DNA of 64,000 nucleotides from Verrucomicrobiales bacterium (lineage in GTDB: Bacteria > Verrucomicrobiota > Verrucomicrobiia > Limisphaerales > UBA9464). This document shows, one piece after another, positions 39,488 to 48,594 of this stretch (the stretch's first letter is position 1; every line of letters begins with the position of its first letter). The DNA lies in assembly GCA_027490985.1 (NCBI GenBank), contig JAIXXC010000153.1, positions 20,592-84,591 on the forward strand. The letters run 5' to 3'. The translations under genes and the position numbers were made by a program. The notes under the pieces are model-generated. The model had not been told where the DNA came from, searched no databases, and saw only the letters and a list, made by a program, of their open reading frames with translations.

Positions 39488-40245
39488 CCGCCCCGAACCC
39501 CGGATGGAGCTCCCGCCGCTGGATCGGCGTCACGGCCCTGCTGACCTTGCTGCATGCGGGTGGATTCTGGCTGGTGGCCCGCTTCCCCGGAGGACCGAAC
39601 CTGGGTCGGACCGACGCATTCGCCGTGGTCTGGTCGACCACCTCTCCCGATCCTCTGGAAGGCACCCTGTCGTCACCCACGCGGTTCGCCCTGCCCGAGG
39701 CCGGTGGGTTTTCGGGGGATGCCGCGCAGGCCTTGCCGCCGGTGACCTATGGGTGGGGTCGAACCGAACCCAAGCCCTCGTTCCTGCCGGCCGACCCCGC
39801 CGGGTCCAACCTCGGCCCGCTGCCGCCGACACCCGTTCCTCCGGCCCGATCGACCGACCTGCGCACCGCTGCGCCCACCTCCGACAGCCTGGCCCGCATC
39901 ACGCTCGAACACACCCGTGTGGACCTCCTTGGGGCACTGGCCCAGAGGGGCTTGATGCGGCCCCTGAAGGCGACGGTCTGGACCGAGGGCGATTCGCCGC
40001 AACCCACCCGGATCGAAGTGGCGGTCAACCCGTGGGGCGAGGTGATCACCGCGCGCGTCACGGTCGGATCGGGGTCCAAGGCCGCCGATCTGGCCGCCCT
40101 CGAGGCCGTTTGGAACGCCCGGTTCAACCCGCTTCCGCAGGCCCGACAAGCCGATGCGCTGCAGGCCGATCCGCTGACCTGGGGCCTGGTCAGCATCCAT
40201 CCGATTCCGGGCGCGCCTCCCCAGGGACCCGCCCACCCGCTCTGA
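39484..40245 (+). CDS. TonB-like energy-transducer protein (TonB C-terminal domain)
   Basis: ATGA overlap with exbD. It has an N-terminal TM helix, a Pro-rich middle and a C-terminal block VAVNPWGEVITARVTVGSGSKAADLAALEAVWNARFNP. Confidence 0.7.
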   Translation: MTAPNPGWSSRRWIGVTALLTLLHAGGFWLVARFPGGPNLGRTDAFAVVWSTTSPDPLEGTLSSPTRFALPEAGGFSGDAAQALPPVTYGWGRTEPKPSFLPADPAGSNLGPLPPTPVPPARSTDLRTAAPTSDSLARITLEHTRVDLLGALAQRGLMRPLKATVWTEGDSPQPTRIEVAVNPWGEVITARVTVGSGSKAADLAALEAVWNARFNPLPQARQADALQADPLTWGLVSIHPIPGAPPQGPAHPL

Positions 40246-40251
40246 TCGACC

Positions 40252-40476
40252 ATGCAGCCGGAAACCGTCATCGCCCTGTGGGTGACCCTGCTCCTGGCGG
40301 GGTTGGGATTCCTCGCTCTGGTGGACGAATTCCGCCGGCGGCGCATCGGATCGGATGTGTCGCAGGATCAGGTGTTCCGCTGCGTGCGGTGCAGTTCGGT
40401 CTACACCGACGACGCCGAGGTGGAGCGGTCGCGCTGCCCTCAATGCGGCAAGACCAACGAGGCCGTGCGCTTCTGA
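40252..40476 (+). CDS. Small membrane-anchored zinc-ribbon protein
   Basis: 74 aa with a TM helix (VIALWVTLLLAGLGFLALV) followed by CVRC...CPQC. Confidence 0.55.
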   Translation: MQPETVIALWVTLLLAGLGFLALVDEFRRRRIGSDVSQDQVFRCVRCSSVYTDDAEVERSRCPQCGKTNEAVRF

Positions 40477-40614
40477 AACCCGCTCGGGCACCCCGGCCCG
40501 GAGCGGCCGGCTTTACCATTCCTTCACAAATCTCCCTCACGCTCCACACACGGTCTTGAAGGACTCCGAGTGGACTTGAAGCCACGCTCGAGTCCGGCAT
40601 CGGAACAAAAACCG

Positions 40615-40654
40615 GGAAACCCATGGAAACCCATGGAAACCCATGGAAACCCAT
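40615..40654. repeat. Perfect tandem repeat (GGAAACCCAT)x4, ending 33 bp upstream of the CotH start
   Basis: Read directly. The 10-bp period creates three CCATGG palindromes spaced by one helical turn. Confidence 0.9.
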
Positions 40655-40686
40655 TCCGGACCCGGGTGGTCACTTCAGACACGCTC

Positions 40687-42405
40687 ATGAACCCCAGAAC
40701 CTGGACCTTGTTGACCACCGCCGTGTGGTCGCTGGCGATCGCGCCGACCTCCCTTGCGCAGAATGACGCCGACCGCCCCCCGGGGCCGCCTCCGGACTTC
40801 GGCGGCCCTCCTCCATTCGGCCCCGGCGGTCCAGGCGGTCCAGGCGGATTCGGGGGTGGCCCCCGCGGTGGCCCCGGTGGCGGCGGGCCCGGTGGACCGG
40901 GTTCGGCTCCGAAGACCTTGCTGGTGAGCCGGTTCGACACGAACGGCGACAAACGCCTCGATGCCACCGAGCGCAAGGCGGCCCGCGATTTCCTCGTGCA
41001 GGAGAAGGCTGCCGGTCGGATCCGAGGCCGCGGACCCGGCGGACGCGGCGGACCCTGGGGCGGTGGGGAGACACCGGTCCCGACACCCGGCCCACGGCTG
41101 ACCCCCGCCGAGGTGCGGAATCATCCGGACACCCCGTTGTACGACGAGGGCACCGTGCGCACCGTCTTCCTGCAGTTCGAGAATGCCGACTGGGAGAAGG
41201 AGCTGGCCGACTTCAACAACACCGACGTCGAGGTGCCGGCCACGCTCACGGTCGACGGCAAGACCTACCGCGAAGTGGGTGTCCATTTTCGGGGGGCCTC
41301 GTCCTATTTCACGGTGGCCGAAGGCCGCAAACGCTCGCTCAACGTGTCGCTGGATTTCGCCCACAAGGACCAGTCTCTCGGCGGCAACAAGACCCTCAAC
41401 CTGCTCAATTCGCATGAGGATCCGTCGTTCCTGCGGACCGTGCTCTACAGCCATGTCGCCCGGGAATACCTGCCGGCCCCGAAGGTCAATCTCGTCCGGG
41501 TGGTGATCCAAGGCGAGAACTGGGGCATCTACGCCAATGCGCAGCAATTCGACAAACAGTTCACCCGGGAGTTCTTCGGATCCACCCAAGGGCACCGGTG
41601 GAAGGTTTCGGGCAGCCCCAATGGGCGCGGCACCCTCGCCTACCTGGGCGACGATCCGGCCCCCTACCAGAAGATCTACTCGCTCAAGGGCAAGGACAGC
41701 CAGAAGGCCTGGAAGGATCTGATCCAACTCACCCGCATTCTCAACCAGACCCCGGCCGACCGACTGGAGTCGGCCTTGTCCCCGATCCTGGACATCGACG
41801 GAGCCCTGCGATTCCTCGCCGTTGAAAACGCCCTCATCAACAACGACGGCTATTGGATCCGCACCAGCGATTACGCGCTCTATCAGGACCCCAACGGCCG
41901 ATTCCATGTGGTGCCGCACGACATGAACGAAGCCTTCAACCGCGCGGGCGGTCCCGGCTTCGGCGGCGGGCCCGGTGGACGCCGGGGGCCCGGAGGTCCC
42001 GGGGGTCCTGGAGGTCCGACTGGGGGCAACCGGGTGGACGGGGTGAAGCTCGACCCGCTGTTCGCCGCTCACGATGCCAACAAGCCCCTGATCTCCAAAT
42101 TGCTGGCGGTTCCGACCCTGCGCGAGCGGTATCTGAGCCATGTCCGCACCGTGGCCGAGCTTTCCCTCGACTGGCAGAAGCTGGGACCCCTCGCCGAACG
42201 CCTCCACACGCTGATCGCCGACGACGTGAAGGCCGACGGTCGGAAGCTCGACTCCACCGAAGCCTTCGACCGGAGTCTGACCCAGGATACGGCGGGCAAT
42301 GGGTTCGGTCCGGGAGGCGGAGGGACGATGGGGCTCAAGCATTTCGCCGAACAGCGACGGGCCTATCTGCTCGGAGACCGCCCCCCGACGACGCCGTCAC
42401 CCTGA
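40687..42405 (+). CDS. Secreted CotH-family (atypical kinase fold) protein with Gly/Pro-rich tracts and an EF-hand-like loop
   Basis: Trimmed to the signal peptide MNPRTWTLLTTAVWSLAIAPTSLAQ. DTNGDKRLDATE is EF-hand-like. CotH blocks: VPATLTVDGKTYREVGVHFRGASS, LNLLNSHEDPSFLRTVLY, NNDGYWIRTSDYALYQDPNGRFHVVPHDMNEAF. Confidence 0.8.
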   Translation: MNPRTWTLLTTAVWSLAIAPTSLAQNDADRPPGPPPDFGGPPPFGPGGPGGPGGFGGGPRGGPGGGGPGGPGSAPKTLLVSRFDTNGDKRLDATERKAARDFLVQEKAAGRIRGRGPGGRGGPWGGGETPVPTPGPRLTPAEVRNHPDTPLYDEGTVRTVFLQFENADWEKELADFNNTDVEVPATLTVDGKTYREVGVHFRGASSYFTVAEGRKRSLNVSLDFAHKDQSLGGNKTLNLLNSHEDPSFLRTVLYSHVAREYLPAPKVNLVRVVIQGENWGIYANAQQFDKQFTREFFGSTQGHRWKVSGSPNGRGTLAYLGDDPAPYQKIYSLKGKDSQKAWKDLIQLTRILNQTPADRLESALSPILDIDGALRFLAVENALINNDGYWIRTSDYALYQDPNGRFHVVPHDMNEAFNRAGGPGFGGGPGGRRGPGGPGGPGGPTGGNRVDGVKLDPLFAAHDANKPLISKLLAVPTLRERYLSHVRTVAELSLDWQKLGPLAERLHTLIADDVKADGRKLDSTEAFDRSLTQDTAGNGFGPGGGGTMGLKHFAEQRRAYLLGDRPPTTPSP

Positions 42406-42520
42406 ACGACCCGTTGCGACCCGGAACGCCTTCAGCGACGCGGGGTGGAATCGCGGTTCCACTCCGTGCCTCGGCCGATGAGCGGTTGGCTTTTTCCACG
42501 GGGTCCTCTCCACTCCTGCC

Positions 42521-43738
42521 ATGAGCGAAACGCTCCGGTTCCTGCAATCCTGTCCGTCCGACGAAGACATCGATGTCGTCCGGTTGGTCGACCTGGTGAT
42601 CGTCGATGCCGTGCGCTCCGGGGCGAGCGACATCCACATCGAGCCCTGGGAATCGAGCATCGCCGTGCGGGTGCGCATCAGCGGCGTGCTCAATGAGCTG
42701 ATCCATCTGCCCAGCGACCTGCTGCCGAAGATCACCGGCCGTCTGAAGGTCATGGCCAACCTCATGGGCCATGAAACCCAGCTCCCTCAAGAAGGCCGTG
42801 CCAACACCTTCCCGGAGGCGGGCAACGTGGTGCTGCGCATCTCGACGTTTCCGACGATCCGCGGTGAGAAGACCGTCATCCGCATCTTCGACCCCTCGAA
42901 CCGCGCCTTCAATCTGGAGGCCCTGGGTCTCGAGACGGATACCCTGGAGACCCTGAAGGGACTGCTCACCCGGCCCAGTGGTCTCATGCTCATGACCGGG
43001 CCTACCGGCTCCGGCAAGACCACGGTGATCTACGCCTCGCTCTGCCACCTCATCGAGCGGGCCGGCCCGAGCATCAGCATCGCCACGGTCGAAGACCCGG
43101 TGGAGTTCACGCTGCCCCTGATCGCCCAGTCGCAGTGCAACGCGGCCCGCGACTACACCTACCCGGTGGCCCTGCGCTCGCTCATGCGGCAAGACCCCCA
43201 GGTGATCATGATCGGCGAGATCCGCGATGCCGAAACGGCTCAGATCGCCGTCCAAGCGGGCCTGACCGGGCATCTGGTCATCAGCACCATCCACTCCGGC
43301 AGCACCACCGGAGTCTTCGCCCGGCTCATCAACATGGGCATCGAACCCTTCCTGCTGGCCTCCTCGATCACGGGTGTGCTGGGGATGCGATTGATCCGAC
43401 GCAATTGCCCGGTGTGCCTCGAACCCTACCGTCCCGATCCGGCCGTGCTGTCGTGCGTGCCGGCCGAGATGCGGGAGACGGCGCAGTTCCACCGCGGGGG
43501 CGGTTGCCCGGCCTGCAACCACACCGGGTTCAACGGACGCTCCACGGTCATGGAGACCCTGAAGGTGGACGAGACCCTGCGCGATGCGGTGCTCCAGAAA
43601 CTACCCACCCGGCGACTCCAGGAACTCGCCCAGACTCAAGGGATGGAAACCCTCTGGCAGGCCGGCCTGCGACGGGCCCTGCGGGGTGAGACCACGCTGG
43701 AGGAGATCCTGCGGGTCGTGGGCATGGAAGGATTCTGA
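42521..43738 (+). CDS. GspE/PilB-family secretion ATPase (short form lacking the N-terminal domains)
   Basis: Walker A GPTGSGKTT, the Asp box, Walker B VIMIGEIRD, the His box STIHS, and tetracysteine CPVC...CPAC. Confidence 0.85.
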   Translation: MSETLRFLQSCPSDEDIDVVRLVDLVIVDAVRSGASDIHIEPWESSIAVRVRISGVLNELIHLPSDLLPKITGRLKVMANLMGHETQLPQEGRANTFPEAGNVVLRISTFPTIRGEKTVIRIFDPSNRAFNLEALGLETDTLETLKGLLTRPSGLMLMTGPTGSGKTTVIYASLCHLIERAGPSISIATVEDPVEFTLPLIAQSQCNAARDYTYPVALRSLMRQDPQVIMIGEIRDAETAQIAVQAGLTGHLVISTIHSGSTTGVFARLINMGIEPFLLASSITGVLGMRLIRRNCPVCLEPYRPDPAVLSCVPAEMRETAQFHRGGGCPACNHTGFNGRSTVMETLKVDETLRDAVLQKLPTRRLQELAQTQGMETLWQAGLRRALRGETTLEEILRVVGMEGF

Positions 43739-43820
43739 AAGCACCCCGATCCGGGCATCCAGAGGAAGCCTCTCCGGCCGTTCCACGGCGGCGACCCGGG
43801 GCGACTTCGGCCCGCCTGCA

Positions 43821-43862
43821 AAAGCCAACGGGGCACTCCAGGGTCGAATCCCGGAGTGCCCC
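43821..43862 (-). terminator. Long hairpin with a short U-tract after the pseudopilin gene (in a convergent intergenic region)
   Basis: On the minus strand: GGGGCACTCCGGG-ATTCGA-CCC(T)GGAGTGCCCC followed by GTTGGCTTTTG. Confidence 0.45.
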
Positions 43863-43885
43863 GATCGGATGAGAACCAACGCTCT

Positions 43886-44800
43886 TCAGTAGCCGTACTG
43901 CGGCACGCTGCCGTTGGCCAGAATGTAGCCGGTGCGTTCGCGGTACCACTGGAAGTCGACGCGGCCCTGGGCGTCGAACGACTTGGTCGCCGGATAGGAG
44001 AATTTGACGGCCTGATATTTGGAGGTGCCGCTGAGCCAGCGGCGGATCTCGGCGTGGCCGTCGGCGAAGGAGAATCCGCAGGCGCCGTTATGATACGAGG
44101 CCGGTATGTCCTGCCAGGCCGAGGCGTCCGGATTGTTGATGAAGTAGCCGTCGTTGATGGAGTCGGGATGCTCATCGAGCGTGAGCCACGTCTTGGCGGG
44201 CGACGGCACCTGCGACTGCTTGAGGAACTGGATGCGGTCGGGGAAGCCCCAGTTGCGTCCGTCTTTGGTGGAGTCGTTGCCGATGCTGAAGCGCCCGAAG
44301 AAAGAGTTCATGGCCATGCTCCGGTTGCGACGGGCCCATCCTTTGGCGCGCTGGGCCGGTGCGACGAAAATGTCGGCCGGGCACTTGTACACACCCACCG
44401 CCCCGCCGGTGTACTTGCCCAAGACGCCATTCACGACCCAGGCATCATTGGTGACGCTGCGTTCAGCGGTGCCGCTGCCGACACCCCACGTCATGACGTT
44501 GTTGACCCAGTTGTCGAACACCCTCTGGTCGATGGCCTGGATGGTTTCAGCCACCCCGTAGTTGTTGGCCACGGCATCGTTGTAATCGGTCGAATACAAA
44601 TGCCAGGCGAGGGTGAGTTGCTTGCCGTTGTTCACGCAACCGATGCCCTGGGCCTTGGACTTCGCCTTGGCCAAGGCCGGCAGGAGCATGCCTGCCAGGA
44701 TGGCGATGATGGCGATGACCACCAGCAGTTCGATGAGGGTGAAGCCACGGCGACGCGCCTCACGGCGGCGAAAAGAGTCTGGGGTTTTCATGACGGGCAA
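43886..44800 (-). CDS. Prepilin-type N-terminal cleavage/methylation-domain protein (pseudopilin-like, DUF1559-type)
   Basis: [31 protein letters not shown]; paralogous to 30846..31682. The start may be the ATG at 44791. Confidence 0.85.
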   Translation of the reverse strand: MPVMKTPDSFRRREARRRGFTLIELLVVIAIIAILAGMLLPALAKAKSKAQGIGCVNNGKQLTLAWHLYSTDYNDAVANNYGVAETIQAIDQRVFDNWVNNVMTWGVGSGTAERSVTNDAWVVNGVLGKYTGGAVGVYKCPADIFVAPAQRAKGWARRNRSMAMNSFFGRFSIGNDSTKDGRNWGFPDRIQFLKQSQVPSPAKTWLTLDEHPDSINDGYFINNPDASAWQDIPASYHNGACGFSFADGHAEIRRWLSGTSKYQAVKFSYPATKSFDAQGRVDFQWYRERTGYILANGSVPQYGY

Positions 44801-44914
44801 CCGTCAAGATACCGGATCGGTCCAGACTGACAAGCGCGACGACACGGGCCCAGATGAACTCACGCGGACCCACGGCCAGGCGATGGTTCCCGACCGGGGG
44901 GAGCTCTCCGATCT

Positions 44915-47104
44915 TCAAGGATTCAGGATCCGGAAAAACTGACCACTCGGAGCATTGGTGGTGGCATCCATCAGGATGAGCACGCCTTCCGGATCGCTGA
45001 TCTCCAGATCGACGGCTTCTTCCCAGATTTGCAGGTCGGCCGATCGCTCCAACCGGAAGGTCTGATCCATCTGACCTCCGAAAAGGAACAAGCTGTCCTC
45101 GGGAGCCTTCGGATAGTTGAGGATCTGAACCGGGGCGTCATAGGCCACGGCCCGGGTCCTCAGGATGGCCCCGCCCGTTCCCGCCACGACCCATTGGCCC
45201 TGAGCCGCACAGGCCGTGTAGAGATTCCGCGTGGTGAGAGTGGGTGTCTCCACCCAGCTCGACAGGTCTTGAGACAGCGCGACCACACCCCCATCACCCA
45301 CCAGGCAGAACCATCCCGACTGCCAGGTCACATCGTTCCACCAGGTGGTCGAAGGAGTCGGACGGGCTGTCCAGGCAAGGCCATTGGTGCTGGTCAGCAC
45401 CGTACCGCCGTCACCCACGGCCACCAGATGGTCGCCCAGCCATCGCACTCGCCACAGCCATCGGGTCGTCCCCGAAGCACGGGTCGTCCAGGTGAGGCCA
45501 TTGGTGCTGCTCAGCAAGGTCCCGTTCTGACCAGAAACCACGAACCCTCCCGGCCACGCGGCGGCTCCGCTGAGGAAGGCGGTCGATCCGGAAGTCCGAC
45601 GCGTCCACGAACGGGCATCCGCACTGGTCAGGATGACACCGCCCGATCCGGCCACCACAAACAGGTTGCTGTCGGCACACACGGCCCGGAGGTCGGAGTT
45701 CACCCCCGATGACACCGCCTCCCAGGCGATGCCCAGGGTGTTGACCTGATTGGTGATCAGGATCCGGACACTCTGGGTTCCCTGGGTCGCACTGTTGGTG
45801 CTGACCAGCGGCACGTAGTCGGTGCGGCTCAGGGCCAACGCTCCGGATGAACCGGCCGCGACGGCCAGGCCCGGACGACCGCCCACCGCATAGTAGTTCA
45901 CGCCCGACGCGCTGGCCGGGGCCAGACCGCGTTTCCAATTCTTGCCGTCGGGGCTGTCCATGAACTGCGCCGATTCGCCCACCGTCACCCGCAGTGTCTG
46001 TGGGGTGGTGTTGGTCGTGAAGGCGGGAACCAGGCCGGTGAACGCCACGCTGACATTGGTTCCGGGAACGCTGAACACCGCCGAATCCCAGATCGCATAA
46101 AGACCGGTGGGCTCGGTGTACGACCAATTGAATCCGGCGAAGCTCGAGGACCGGGTTCCGGTCACGATCAAGCCGCCGCGGGTTCCGGCGATCACCTGCT
46201 GGCCATCCCACAGCAGGCATTGGTAGGTCAGCAGCGGGGCCGGGTTGGCCCGGAGCGGGTTCACTTCGGAGGACCACACCCAATTGCCGAAGAGGCTGAC
46301 CCCGAAACGCAACTCGCCGGCACCTCCCACCAGCCGCTCGCTACCCACCGCCAAGACCGCCGTCAGGGCATTGGTGGTGACGATCCGCCCGGAGTCCCAC
46401 TGGGTCAGCTGCGCGGTACGGCTGATCACATAGTTGCCGGAGTCGCCCACGGCCATGACACCGGTGGAGACCGGAGCCACACGGTAGAGATTGAATCCGG
46501 TCTTGCCGGTGTTGCGCACGGTCCAGGTCAACCCGTCGGCGCTGCTGGCCACGAAGGCGGCATCGCCCACGGCGACAAAGAGCCCCGAGGCATAGGTCAC
46601 ACTGGTGAGGTTGTTGGTCTTGCCGGTGGAGGCCGCCCGCCACTCGACGCCATTGGTGCTGACGAGCACGGTGCCCCCGTCGCCCACGGCCACCACCCGG
46701 TCGGACGAGGCGGCCACGCTCTCCAACCAGCGGCTCTGACCGGTGACCGCCGCTTCGAAGACCTCGCCATCGGACCAGAGGATGGTCCCGCCCTCACCCA
46801 CCACGATCGCCCGGTCGCCCAGGTAGGTGGCCCCGCGCAACGACGCGGTGGTTCCGGTCCGGGCACGACGCCACTCGGGCAGTGCCTGAGCCACCCAGAC
46901 CGAGCCGCGGTCTCCGACGGCGAGGTACAGGCGGTTGGTTCGCCATGCCAGATCGGTGATGGCATTGCCGAAGGGAGTCGGGTTGGACCACCGCCACGTG
47001 AGATTGGTGCCTTGGGCGGACACCGGGCCGCACACGGCCAGACCCACCCAGAGGAGCAACAGCCCCCAGATCCACCGGCACCGCATCGACCCCGGGTGGG
47101 CCAT
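44915..47104 (-). CDS. Secreted beta-propeller protein (Ycf48/BNR-like repeats)
   Basis: Trimmed to MAHPGSMRCRWIWGLLLLWVGLAVCGPVSAQ. It has more than 12 repeats of the form VAVGDGGTVL.S.NG..W. The upstream 159 codons of the track ORF overlap the kinase gene. Confidence 0.7.
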   Translation of the reverse strand: MAHPGSMRCRWIWGLLLLWVGLAVCGPVSAQGTNLTWRWSNPTPFGNAITDLAWRTNRLYLAVGDRGSVWVAQALPEWRRARTGTTASLRGATYLGDRAIVVGEGGTILWSDGEVFEAAVTGQSRWLESVAASSDRVVAVGDGGTVLVSTNGVEWRAASTGKTNNLTSVTYASGLFVAVGDAAFVASSADGLTWTVRNTGKTGFNLYRVAPVSTGVMAVGDSGNYVISRTAQLTQWDSGRIVTTNALTAVLAVGSERLVGGAGELRFGVSLFGNWVWSSEVNPLRANPAPLLTYQCLLWDGQQVIAGTRGGLIVTGTRSSSFAGFNWSYTEPTGLYAIWDSAVFSVPGTNVSVAFTGLVPAFTTNTTPQTLRVTVGESAQFMDSPDGKNWKRGLAPASASGVNYYAVGGRPGLAVAAGSSGALALSRTDYVPLVSTNSATQGTQSVRILITNQVNTLGIAWEAVSSGVNSDLRAVCADSNLFVVAGSGGVILTSADARSWTRRTSGSTAFLSGAAAWPGGFVVSGQNGTLLSSTNGLTWTTRASGTTRWLWRVRWLGDHLVAVGDGGTVLTSTNGLAWTARPTPSTTWWNDVTWQSGWFCLVGDGGVVALSQDLSSWVETPTLTTRNLYTACAAQGQWVVAGTGGAILRTRAVAYDAPVQILNYPKAPEDSLFLFGGQMDQTFRLERSADLQIWEEAVDLEISDPEGVLILMDATTNAPSGQFFRILNP

Positions 47105-47151
47105 CGGGGACCCCGGGGCGCGGCGAGGCCCGCAGGTTCGGCTCGGGTAAT

Positions 47152-48594
47152 TCACGGGGTTTTTATAGGTCTTGGCTCCACAGGGCGCAATTCGGACAGC
47201 CGTTGATCGATATCCTCGGCCGCCCGCGCCGCCTCGGGGGGCAGGTGCACGGCGAAGGTCGAGCCTCCGGGGCCGGTGGCCTCGAGGACCACATCTCCCC
47301 CCATGCTCAGCGCCAGTTGCCGAGTGATGGCCAATCCCAGCCCGCTGCCTCCCGGCTTGGTGGACACCGTGGGCTCGAACAGGTGCTCCCGAACCGACGG
47401 AGCGATCCCCGAACCGGTGTCGCTGACCCGGACGACCAACCCCTCCCCCGGAGCCTCCGACGCGGCGACGACCACTTCGGAGCGATCCGGTGCCGCTTCG
47501 AGCGCGTTGCCGACGAGATTCTCGACCACCAGGAGCAGGATGTTGGCCTCCCGATGGGACAACCGACGGGTGGATCCGCACCGGAGGACCGCCTGGACCC
47601 CGCGGGCGCGGGCTCGCGGATCCACCCGCTGGAGCACCCGGGGCAGGAGTTCGCCGATCTCCATCTCGAACTCGGAAACCCCGCCGGAATCGCGCAGCAC
47701 CCGGACCACGCCGTCGATGAGGGCCCGCATCCGGCGCAGGGTGGCCATCGCCTCGGACCGATCTTCGGCGCTCACCGGTCGATCCCCGATGGCGGCCAGG
47801 AACGCCTGGAGGCCGGCCAAGGGGTTGCGCAACCCGTGGACCAGGTGCGAGGCCACCGCCCCCATGGCCCCGGTCTTGGTGGCCACCATCAACTCCCGGT
47901 TGGCGCGGGCCAGACGTTCACCCCGCTCGAGGAGGTCGCGGTTGGTGCGGGCCAATCGCCCGAAGGCCACGACCAGAGCGAGGCTCAGAGCCGTCCCCGA
48001 CAGGAGCACGGTGAGGAAACCTTGGCGCCACAGGCTGCGATCCAACCGGGTGTACTCCTCCAGCAGGGCGCCCCCCTCGACTTCGACACCCAGAATGCCC
48101 ACCAGCGACGGCGCGGGCCCGTCGGGCAGAGGGATGTACATCCGCAGGACGGCCGAGCCGCCGGCGGCGGGCCGGACCTCGGGTTGCGCCCCGTGTTGAA
48201 CCTCTTGCAGCACCTCGCCCCAGATCAACCGCTCCACCTGGGCGGGCCCGGGCGGGGGCACGATCGAGTCGCCATAGATCCGCGAGGGCAGCGCGCCGCG
48301 GGCATCGAAGACGGTGATCCGCTGGACGTGGGCCAACTGCGGCAGGGTGGCCACCTCGACGGCGGCCAGCAGCGGATCATCGACACCCTCGGCTCGCAGG
48401 GCGGCGAAACGACCTTGGAACAGCGCGGCCACCCCGCGGGATTCGCGCTCCGACAACCCGGCGCGCAAATCGCGACGCAACTGCAGGCGGGTACCCAGCA
48501 CGGTCGCCACCAGGACCGCCACCGCCGCCCCCACCGCGAGCAGGGTGGGGCCGTGCATCCAGACCGGTTTGCGATGGGGCTTCAAAACTCCCAT
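47152..48594 (-). CDS. Sensor histidine kinase (two TM helices, ~200-aa periplasmic domain, HisKA + HATPase_c)
   Basis: H-box ASHLVHGLRNPLAGL, N-box LVVENLVGNALEA, G-boxes DTGSGI and GGSGLGL. The start is the ATG at 48594 or 48558. Confidence 0.85.
   Translation of the reverse strand: MGVLKPHRKPVWMHGPTLLAVGAAVAVLVATVLGTRLQLRRDLRAGLSERESRGVAALFQGRFAALRAEGVDDPLLAAVEVATLPQLAHVQRITVFDARGALPSRIYGDSIVPPPGPAQVERLIWGEVLQEVQHGAQPEVRPAAGGSAVLRMYIPLPDGPAPSLVGILGVEVEGGALLEEYTRLDRSLWRQGFLTVLLSGTALSLALVVAFGRLARTNRDLLERGERLARANRELMVATKTGAMGAVASHLVHGLRNPLAGLQAFLAAIGDRPVSAEDRSEAMATLRRMRALIDGVVRVLRDSGGVSEFEMEIGELLPRVLQRVDPRARARGVQAVLRCGSTRRLSHREANILLLVVENLVGNALEAAPDRSEVVVAASEAPGEGLVVRVSDTGSGIAPSVREHLFEPTVSTKPGGSGLGLAITRQLALSMGGDVVLEATGPGGSTFAVHLPPEAARAAEDIDQRLSELRPVEPRPIKTP

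Noticed and set aside
40615-40654. Whether the 10-bp tandem array could be a CRISPR or a coding repeat.
   Set aside because: There are no spacers, the units are only 10 bp, and no cas genes are present. Reading it as coding would place 18 non-signal residues in front of an excellent signal peptide, so it is treated as a non-coding tandem repeat.
44915-45000. A possible shared C-terminal sorting motif: ...GQFFRILNP in the propeller protein and ...ALFIRAKR in the LamG protein.
   Set aside because: Only two proteins share it and the similarity is very short. The other secreted proteins in the window do not end this way, so the evidence is insufficient.
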